Source: Pedosphaera sp.
GTDB taxonomy: Bacteria; Verrucomicrobiota; Verrucomicrobiia; Limisphaerales; SIBE01
DNA: 14,234 nucleotides
NCBI GenBank assembly: GCA_009695265.1
Contig: SIBE01000108.1
Location: 1 to 14,234 of the forward strand
Direction: 5' to 3'
Both the position numbers and the translations under genes were made by a program. The notes beneath the pieces were generated by a model. The model did no database searches. It was not told the DNA's origin and saw nothing but the letters and a program-made list of their open reading frames with translations. Positions within the stretch are counted from its first letter, which is position 1. The number at the start of each line of letters is the position of its first letter. Positions 8,769-14,234 of this stretch are shown here, one piece after another.

Positions 8769-9392
8769 TCATGCCGCGGCCTTTCGGATCAGCGCCCGTA
8801 AGACGCCTTGAATCACCAGTTCCTCAGACGGAATAAGATCAGGATACTTCGGATTTTCCGCTTTGAGGAATGGTTTCCCGTTTTTTATCAGAAACGTTTT
8901 GAGCGTGTTCTTACGGTCGATCAATGCGGCCACGATTTGTCCCGAGCGCGGCTCTGGTCCGTGCTCGAACACCGCAATGTCACCGTCGCAAATATGCTTC
9001 CCGATCATCGAGTCACCCACGACGCGCAGGGCGAAGGTGTTTCGTGTCGGCTTGAAGCCGATGCTCTCGACGTCCACGGAGATACAACCGTCCGGGTCCT
9101 GCTCGCGGTCGCCGGAAAAGCCGGCCGGGATCGTACCGTAGAAGGGAATGTCCACAACACGGCTGCGCAGACGGATGAGTGGCGAAGACAACCGGAGCCC
9201 ACGGGCCTTTCCGGGTTCGGACTTGATCAATCCCTTGCGTTTGAGCGTTTCCAGGTGGAACGCCGCCGCCCGATGCCCGCGATAACCAAACTTCGCCGCG
9301 ATCTCCCTGAGCGTGGGAATAAGTCTGCCCGCGCTGACCTCAGCCTGAATAAAATCCAAAACCTGCTGCTGCGCTGGGGTTAAATCGCTCAT
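8769..9392 (-). CDS. lexA: LexA transcriptional repressor (S24 peptidase), 207 aa. N-terminal winged HTH (LTPAQQQVLDFIQAEVSAGRLIPTLREIAAKFGYRGHRAAAFHLETLKRKGLI). A-G cleavage site in …TIPAGFSGD…. Catalytic Ser in VVGDSMIG and Lys in NTLKTF.
   Basis: Translation matches the canonical LexA layout: E. coli-like LTxxQQxV…EIAxxLGxxSxxAAxxHLxxLxRKG, then the GDSM…K dyad. TGA stop at 8769-8771. Confidence 0.9.
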   Translation of the reverse strand: MSDLTPAQQQVLDFIQAEVSAGRLIPTLREIAAKFGYRGHRAAAFHLETLKRKGLIKSEPGKARGLRLSSPLIRLRSRVVDIPFYGTIPAGFSGDREQDPDGCISVDVESIGFKPTRNTFALRVVGDSMIGKHICDGDIAVFEHGPEPRSGQIVAALIDRKNTLKTFLIKNGKPFLKAENPKYPDLIPSEELVIQGVLRALIRKAAA

Positions 9393-9395
9393 GAG

Positions 9396-9411
9396 TTATC
9401 CACTCGGATAA
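9396..9411. promoter_or_regulatory. Perfect 6-N4-6 palindrome TTATCC-ACTC-GGATAA, 4-19 nt upstream of the lexA ATG, overlapping its -10/RBS region. A TTGACA -35-like hexamer lies at 9428-9433 on the lexA strand. Candidate LexA autoregulatory operator, or another operator.
   Basis: Direct reading of 9396-9411. Its position is exactly where a LexA box is expected. The motif matches no LexA box known to me (CTGT-N8-ACAG, GAAC-N4-GTTC, GTTC-N7-GTTC, TGTTC-N4-GAACA). A 6-N4-6 perfect palindrome is expected about 3 times by chance in 14 kb, so only the position gives it weight. Confidence 0.3.
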
Positions 9412-9617
9412 TCCCTCAGCACGAACCTGTCAACTGCTATTCCACCTTGCTCTTGGGAGCGCTGGCATCCTTGCCTTCGAGAACTTCCATGCATTACGCG
9501 CCAATGCTTCAGATCGCACGGGCAGTCCTCTGCGCGCCGCGAAAGCGACAGAACACACATTTGGTCCAAGACGACAACACCCAACCTCCTGGCAGTTCCG
9601 CTGGAGACTGGCGCGAT

Positions 9618-10685
9618 TTAACCAGTCACTGTGGCCACAAGTCCTGTCGTAGCCTCAAACGCGCCACCCTGGAAGCTTGCCCTGATGCTGTGCCTGTTCA
9701 AAAGTCTTCGACCAATTCTCAACGATGGAGGGTTGCTGGATCCGAATGGTCTCATATTCGCGCATCCAGATTTCGTGATCTTTTGTTTCCAGCAAGAGTT
9801 GCAGCACGAGGTGTCCCGCATGGTCTTTCGCTCCAGCGCGGCTTTGCAACCATTGCACAGCTCTTTGTTTTTCCCCCAAGGCCCAGGCGGTCTGAAATCC
9901 CAGGCGCACAACAAGTCCCGTCTGTGATCGGACTGATTGGCTCGTTTCTCCCATGCATCGCCGGACGACTCCATGGGACGCTTGTCAAGTTGACTGCTGA
10001 TCACATCTAAAGCGACCTCCTTCAGCTCGGATGTCTTCAGAGTTCTGAGGAAAACCTCGTGCAACTGTATCCTGGTCGTGTCGCCATAAGCCCCAATTTT
10101 CACCAGTGACAGGGATTGAGCAATCCATTCATTCCGGGGACAGAGCAGGGTCTTCAGTAATAGAACTTGGTCAAGGAATTCAGATTGGGAAACACCAATC
10201 GCCCGAAACGTATCGGTGCTGGGAAACAAATAAATTTCGCAACCGCGACACAGTAACCGATACAAATCCTCCAGCGCTTTGGCCGCCGCCAGATTCTCCG
10301 GTTGAGCCGCCGCCAACACACTCCAATCCTTGTAAAGTCGCCTGGCGACGAACCTCCATCTTCCTCGCTCGCTCTTCGAGATGATCCGGTTTGGGGCGAA
10401 ATACCTCTGTTCCCTTGCGTTCTCGAGAAACTCGCGCGTTTCCAACTCCAGCATGTCAACGTCGGGAAGCTCCGGCAATCGCGCGGCCTTCGCTGATTTC
10501 AGAAATCCTTGAGGATCGCACAGCAACCGATCCGCCCCTTTTTCCTCAGCCAGTTTTTTCGGGAGCATCTTGTAAAGCTGCGCGGCGACGAGGCGCAAAT
10601 CTTCGGCGCTCATTTGCTTCAACTTCTGGCGGGCTTCCTCCGCTTTCATGAAAAAGAGAATCACGCGCTCTCGATCCGAGTGCAA
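9618..10685 (-). CDS. Hypothetical protein immediately upstream of lexA. No family recognised. N-terminal ~260 aa are helical and protein-like. The probable true start is the ATG at 10647 (MKAEEARQKLKQ…); the track's 10685 start is TTG. The C-terminal ~110 aa in this frame are Cys/Arg-rich and implausible. The overlapping frame 9655..9954 (…GEKQRAVQWLQSRAGAKDHAGHLVLQLLLETKDHEIWMREYETIRIQQPSIVENWSKTFEQAQHQGKLPGWRV*) reads like real protein. This suggests a -1/+1 frameshift in the T5/C5 homopolymer at 9866-9877, with the true end at 9655.
   Basis: Six-frame comparison: the reading frames were checked codon by codon across 9850-9990. The homopolymer run ctctttgtttttcccccaag sits where frame quality swaps. 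Confidence 0.5.
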   Translation of the reverse strand: MHSDRERVILFFMKAEEARQKLKQMSAEDLRLVAAQLYKMLPKKLAEEKGADRLLCDPQGFLKSAKAARLPELPDVDMLELETREFLENAREQRYFAPNRIISKSERGRWRFVARRLYKDWSVLAAAQPENLAAAKALEDLYRLLCRGCEIYLFPSTDTFRAIGVSQSEFLDQVLLLKTLLCPRNEWIAQSLSLVKIGAYGDTTRIQLHEVFLRTLKTSELKEVALDVISSQLDKRPMESSGDAWEKRANQSDHRRDLLCAWDFRPPGPWGKNKELCNGCKAALERKTMRDTSCCNSCWKQKITKSGCANMRPFGSSNPPSLRIGRRLLNRHSIRASFQGGAFEATTGLVATVTG

Positions 10686-11017
10686 TCGGGATTTCTGATG
10701 GTCAATTCATTGGTTCGTTGCTGGCCCCGGTGCAGCCCAAATGTCGAACAGCAGCTAATTCAACACCTGCGAAAAAAATAGATTTGCTTCTGGCAGTGGC
10801 CTTTAGACCTGGGTGGTTTGACAGCTTGCCCCTCTTCTGAGACCTTCATCTCGTATGCAGCCTAAGCTGGCTTGCCTTCCTGCAAGTCAGCGCGGGGGAA
10901 CCAATCCTCGGGAAACCGGGGGCGGGGCTTACGGCGGTGGCGAACCATCGTCGCGGTCACTTTCAGGACCGAGCCCGACAGCTAACCTCGTCGGCATCTG
11001 GAAGGGCGATCCTCTAG

Positions 11018-11036
11018 GATTTCGCTGCGCGAAATC
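11018..11036. promoter_or_regulatory. Perfect 19-bp palindrome GATTTCGC-tgc-GCGAAATC, 84-102 nt upstream of the flotillin start in the 434-bp divergent intergenic region. No downstream T-run, so it is more operator-like than terminator-like.
   Basis: Direct reading: the 8-bp arms are exact reverse complements. Confidence 0.3.
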
Positions 11037-11119
11037 TCCACGGTCTCCCCGATAAGAATGCGTTGTGTCATGGCGCGGCGACAACCCGCGTCGCGACGCA
11101 ACCACATCGGAGTTGGGTT

Positions 11120-12688
11120 ATGACGACGAACATCGTGTTTGCAATCGGCGGAAATTGGTTTGGCGTGGCGTGGTACTGGTATGTGCTGGCGTTGGCTGGA
11201 TTAGTTCTGCTGTCGAGCTTCGTGCTGATCCGCGAGCGGCAGGCGGGCATCGTGGTGAAACGGTTTTCACGGACATCCCTTCAGCCGGGGCGCCTCATCG
11301 CACTTGCGGGTGAAGCCGGGCTGCAGGCGGACACGCTCCCGCCCGGTCTGCACTTCGGTTACTGGCCGTGGCAATATCGCGTCATCAAGGTGCGCGTCAC
11401 TGTCGTGCCGCAGGGCGAAATCGCCCTCGTGCTCGCGGCGGACGGCGCGGCCATTCCCTCCGAGCGCATCCTCGGCAGAGTGGTGGACTGCGACAATTTT
11501 CACGATGCGCGAAAGTTCCTGATCAATGTTGGCGAGAAGGGACGCCAAATCGGCATCCTCACGGCGGGAACATATCGCATCAACACCGCACTGTTCACCG
11601 TCATCACCTCGGCCACAGCCCATGAGCACGGCATGATGCCGGAGCAACTGTTGTTGCAACGAGTCGAGCCCGACATGGTCGGCATCGTGACCACGCTGGA
11701 TGGCCAGCCCATCGAAACCAGTGAGATCGCCGGGCCGGTCATCCCCGCACACGACAATTTCCAAAACGCACAGGCATTCCTGACCCGGGGTGGGCGGCGC
11801 GGATTGCAGGAGCAGATCCTGTTGTCCGGCACATGGAATTTGAACCCCTGGTTCGCACAAGTGGAACTGGTGCCGATGGTGCAAATTCCCATCGGCTATA
11901 TCGGCGTGGTGATCTCCTTCGTCGGCAAGGCGCATGTGGATGTCAGCGGCGTGGAGTTCAAACATGGCGACCTTGTGAACGTCGGCCACAAGGGCGTGTG
12001 GGTGACACCGCTCTATCCGGGCAAACACCCTCTCAACACCCGGGTGATGAAAGTCGAACTCGTGCCCACGACGAACATCGTGCTCAACTGGGCCAACCGC
12101 ACGGAAGCCCATCATTTCGACGAGAAACTCTCGTCCATCACCGTGCGCTCGAAGGATGGCTTCGCGTTCAACCTGGACGTGTCCCAGATCATCCACGTCG
12201 GCGCGCTTGATGCGCCCAAGGCGATCAGCCGGGTCGGTTCCATGCAAAATCTGGTGGACCACGTCCTGCAGCCAATTGTGGGAAATTATTTCCGCAACTC
12301 GGCGCAGGATTACACGGTGCTCGATTTCCTGAGCGCGCGCAGCCAGCGACAGGTCGAGGCCGCGGAGCACATCCGTGCTGCCATCGGAGCGTATGACGTG
12401 CAGGCGATTGATACGCTCATCGGCGACATCAATCCTCCGGCGGAATTGATGACCACGCAGACCGACCGCAAGATCGCGGAGGAACAGCGCAAGACCTATG
12501 AGACCCAACGCGCCGCGCAAGAGCAACGCCAACAGCTCGTGCGGCAAACGTCGCTCGCCGACATCCAGCAACAGGTCGTCGGCGCGGAACAAGGCGTGAA
12601 CATTGCCGAGCTGCAGGCCAGCGCCAGCGTGAAGCACGCGACCGGCGAAGCGGAGGCGACGCGGCCTCCGGGCACTGGGCGAGGCTGA
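11120..12688 (+). CDS. Flotillin-like SPFH/band-7 protein (YqiK/FloT family), N-terminal ~520 aa. The likely true start is the ATG at 11120 (MTTNIVFAIGGNWFGVAWYWYVLALAGLVLL…, a TM helix), preceded by a GGAG Shine-Dalgarno at 11109-11112. The track start at 11063 is probably too far upstream. The frame terminates prematurely at 12686-12688 inside the EA-rich coiled-coil region.
   Basis: N-terminal TM helix, then an SPFH domain, then a Q/E/A-rich coiled coil with GEAEA repeats typical of flotillins. Confidence 0.8.
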   Translation: MTTNIVFAIGGNWFGVAWYWYVLALAGLVLLSSFVLIRERQAGIVVKRFSRTSLQPGRLIALAGEAGLQADTLPPGLHFGYWPWQYRVIKVRVTVVPQGEIALVLAADGAAIPSERILGRVVDCDNFHDARKFLINVGEKGRQIGILTAGTYRINTALFTVITSATAHEHGMMPEQLLLQRVEPDMVGIVTTLDGQPIETSEIAGPVIPAHDNFQNAQAFLTRGGRRGLQEQILLSGTWNLNPWFAQVELVPMVQIPIGYIGVVISFVGKAHVDVSGVEFKHGDLVNVGHKGVWVTPLYPGKHPLNTRVMKVELVPTTNIVLNWANRTEAHHFDEKLSSITVRSKDGFAFNLDVSQIIHVGALDAPKAISRVGSMQNLVDHVLQPIVGNYFRNSAQDYTVLDFLSARSQRQVEAAEHIRAAIGAYDVQAIDTLIGDINPPAELMTTQTDRKIAEEQRKTYETQRAAQEQRQQLVRQTSLADIQQQVVGAEQGVNIAELQASASVKHATGEAEATRPPGTGRG

Positions 12689-12911
12689 AGCAATCCGCGC
12701 CACGGGCGACGCCAAGGCGCAGGCGTACCGCGCGGGCGTCGAGTCCATCGGCGTGCAGAGCTACACAGTCATGCAATTGATGCAGATCGTCGGCGAGCGC
12801 AACGTGCGCATCGTGCCGGACGTGGCCGTGAACGGCGCAGCCGGCGGCAACGGCCTCGTGGAAGGACTCCTTGGCGTCATGCTCAAGGAACAATCCAGGA
12901 AAACCGTCTGA
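12660..12911 (+). pseudogene. Flotillin C-terminal segment displaced into the +1 frame: LRALGEAEAIRATGDAKAQAYRAGVESIGVQSYTVMQLMQIVGERNVRIVPDVAVNGAAGGNGLVEGLLGVMLKEQSRKTV*. Deleting one C from the 'cggcctccggg' run at ~12665-12666 restores a single ~597-aa flotillin ORF (…GEAEATRLRALGEAEAIRA…).
   Basis: Codon-by-codon translation of both frames across 12650-12700. The downstream frame carries the classic flotillin EAEAIRA / AKAQAY terminal repeats. TGA stop at 12909-12911. Confidence 0.7.
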
Positions 12912-12963
12912 CAGCAACCGGAGTGACGGCTAAACAACCGTCACTCCCAAGAGGTGTCCAATC

Positions 12964-13395
12964 ATGAGAACTTACCAACACAAACAGCGCGGCACACTCA
13001 TCATTGTTGTGCTGCTGGCAACATCCTTGGTCCTGACAATCGTCGGCTTCTATTCTGACCGACGCCTGCTCTGGGTCGTGCCCACTCTGCTTCTCGCGGG
13101 GTGGCTCTTCAATTCGCTTGCGATCGAAATCACCGGCGGAAAACTGCGCTGGAGTTTTGGACCCGGCTTGATCCGCAAACGCATCGCACTCGCTGAAATT
13201 ACTTCGGTTAAAATTGTGAGGACAAATGTGCTTGAAGGCTGGGGAATCCATCTAAGCCGGTTCGGCTGGCTCTACAACGTCTCCGGTTTTGACGCCGTCG
13301 CCATCACGCTGCGTAGCGGCAAACGTTTTGCGCTCGGCACGGATGAACCGCAGGTCCTCGCGGTCGAGCTGGGAAAAACGATCCAAAAAAACTGA
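12964..13395 (+). CDS. Small (143 aa) membrane protein with two N-terminal TM helices (LIIVVLLATSLVLTIVGFY; LLWVVPTLLLAGWLFNSLAI) followed by a ~80-aa beta-rich soluble domain. Possibly a bacterial PH-like 'membrane-flanked' domain. Sits immediately downstream of flotillin and is probably co-transcribed.
   Basis: Clean ORF with a GAGGTG Shine-Dalgarno 8 nt upstream and a TGA stop. The fold assignment is a guess from the sequence pattern only. Confidence 0.65.
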   Translation: MRTYQHKQRGTLIIVVLLATSLVLTIVGFYSDRRLLWVVPTLLLAGWLFNSLAIEITGGKLRWSFGPGLIRKRIALAEITSVKIVRTNVLEGWGIHLSRFGWLYNVSGFDAVAITLRSGKRFALGTDEPQVLAVELGKTIQKN

Positions 13396-13459
13396 ACTGC
13401 CTGGACGGAAGCTGTGAGTTCAAGAAGCACCCATCAAAAGTGCCATTCGCCTGCTCCGG

Positions 13460-14215
13460 TCACTTCGTTGGGGATTTCCCGTCCGTGGCGGGGTAGCGTT
13501 TCCTGAGTTCGTCGGCGATCTTGCGGATGCGCTCTACCAACGCTTGCGGTCGCACCACGGTGGCATGGGTGCCCCAGCCCAGGATCCAGCGCTCCATCTC
13601 CTCAAGGTTGTTGAGCCGCATCCGCAGGCGGGAGGACCCGCTGCGCAATTCGATCAGTTCCTGGCTGGAATGTCAGCGGCGCCCGCGAATCAGGTCCGTC
13701 GCCCACACATCGAACTCGATCACGACCTCGTAATCGTCGCCACCCTTGAACACTCCAAAACAGCCGCGCAGATATTCGTTGGGATCAAACTTCTTCGGCA
13801 GGGTGAAACGCTCATTGGTCAGCTCGGGTTGCGAGAGCCGGGTCAGGACAAAGGTCCGCATGGCCTGCCGTTTGAGGTCGAAGGCAAAGAGATACCAATG
13901 ATTCTCGATGCAGGCCAGGTGGTAGGGATGCAAGTGCCGCCGCTGCGCCTTGGGAGCGCCCAGGTTCTTGTAGAGGAATTTGAGCGCCCGATGCTCCTGC
14001 AATCCCCGGGTGAGAATCTGGAACGTTTCCAGATCGGTATCCTCAGGGGCAAAGGGTCGAAAGGAGAGGACATCATCGAGGCTGCCCAGGCTCAGAAATC
14101 CTGACTTGTAGGGAGAAAAGGAAAGGGGTTCGTGGAAGAAGGAAGAGCCTGAGGTGCGGGGGATGAGCTGGAAGCGGATGGCTTGCTTGAGATGAAATTG
14201 GGCACAAAGATCGGG
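13460..14215 (-). pseudogene. WYL-domain transcriptional regulator, disrupted. A WYL core is present (…KFLYKNLGAPKAQRRHLHPYHLACIENHWYLFAFDLKRQAMRTFVLTRL…), as is a C-terminal WCX-type extension (…EMERWILGWGTHATVVRPQALVERIRKIADELRKRY…). One continuous frame is interrupted by an in-frame TGA at 13673-13675 and an in-frame TAG at 14216-14218. There is no Met between the two stops, and the N-terminal HTH is not visible (either off-window or lost). The track splits this into ORFs 13673..14002 and 13460..13648.
   Basis: Manual extension of the minus-strand frame: the 109-aa and 62-aa track ORFs are in the same frame, separated only by the TGA. HPYHL…WYL…R.F.L.RL is the family signature. TGA is the stop used by every other gene here, so recoding is unlikely. 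Confidence 0.65.
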
Positions 14216-14234
14216 CTATGCCTCAAGCGCAGTT

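Noticed and set aside
8808-9383. 191-aa plus-strand ORF antisense to lexA, and 1981..2676 and 9447..10010 plus-strand ORFs antisense to other genes
   Set aside because: Shadow ORFs of convincingly identified genes. No domain motifs are recognisable.
11267-12748. 493-aa minus-strand ORF (plus 12429..12917 and 11500..11892) antisense to the flotillin gene
   Set aside because: Arg/Ala/Gly/His-rich, low-complexity translation of the kind high-GC antisense frames produce. The sense strand carries an unmistakable SPFH/flotillin domain.
13673-13675. In-frame TGA in the WYL gene as a recoded sense codon (code 4/25 or selenocysteine)
   Set aside because: Every confidently called gene in the window (hydrolase, both propellers, lexA, flotillin, small membrane protein) terminates with TGA. 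TGA is therefore a genuine stop in this genome. No SECIS-like hairpin follows the site.
13544-14104. 186-aa plus-strand ORF overlapping the WYL locus
   Set aside because: The opposite strand encodes the WYL signature (HPYHL…WYL…RTFVLTRL) and the WCX tail. The plus-frame product is Pro/Gly/Ala-rich and featureless.
1-14234. tRNA/rRNA genes or a CRISPR array
   Set aside because: No T-loop consensus (GGTTCGAATCC-like) in any intergenic region. No regularly spaced direct repeats. The only repeat structure is the 2.46-kb gene duplication.

Overview
This 14.2 kb window (~57% GC) looks like a chromosomal locus from a PVC-superphylum bacterium, probably Verrucomicrobia. That placement is inferred from the protein architectures (PVC-type Ig-like 'ITTQP…FTYQW' domain, shared FYR C-terminal tail), not from any search.

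Gene content, in window order:
- **1..363 (-):** a possible small signal-peptide ORF running off the left edge.
- **1..151:** a low-GC element bounded by 22-bp terminal inverted repeats.
- **628..3609 (-):** a 993-aa secreted multidomain alpha/beta-hydrolase (GHSRG nucleophile elbow, carboxypeptidase-regulatory-like domain).
- **3807..6206 and 6266..8716 (-):** two tandem paralogs (799 and 816 aa) encoding secreted Asp-box/BNR beta-propeller proteins with an Ig-like domain. They form a ~2.46 kb tandem duplication at roughly 85-90% nucleotide identity.
- **8769..9392 (-):** a clear LexA repressor, 52 bp upstream of paralog B. A perfect TTATCC-N4-GGATAA palindrome sits 4-19 nt upstream of its start codon.
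- **9618..10685 (-):** an unrecognised 355-aa gene immediately upstream of lexA, with a likely frameshift in a T5/C5 run.
- **11120..12911 (+), divergent:** a flotillin (SPFH/band-7) gene broken by a single extra C near 12665, followed at 12964..13395 by a small two-helix membrane protein.
- **13460..14215 (-), convergent:** a WYL-domain regulator with two in-frame stop codons (TGA 13673-75, TAG 14216-18); the N-terminus is lost or off-window.

All three secreted proteins end in a shared ~60-70-aa C-terminal module closing in an RFYR[AV] motif, which looks like a lineage-specific sorting or secretion tag.

The most notable features are the LexA/WYL/unknown-gene neighbourhood, the clustering of three disrupted genes in the right-hand 4.6 kb, the shared FYR tail, the diverging propeller duplicates, and the inverted-repeat element at the left edge. 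No rRNA, tRNA or CRISPR was detectable by eye.
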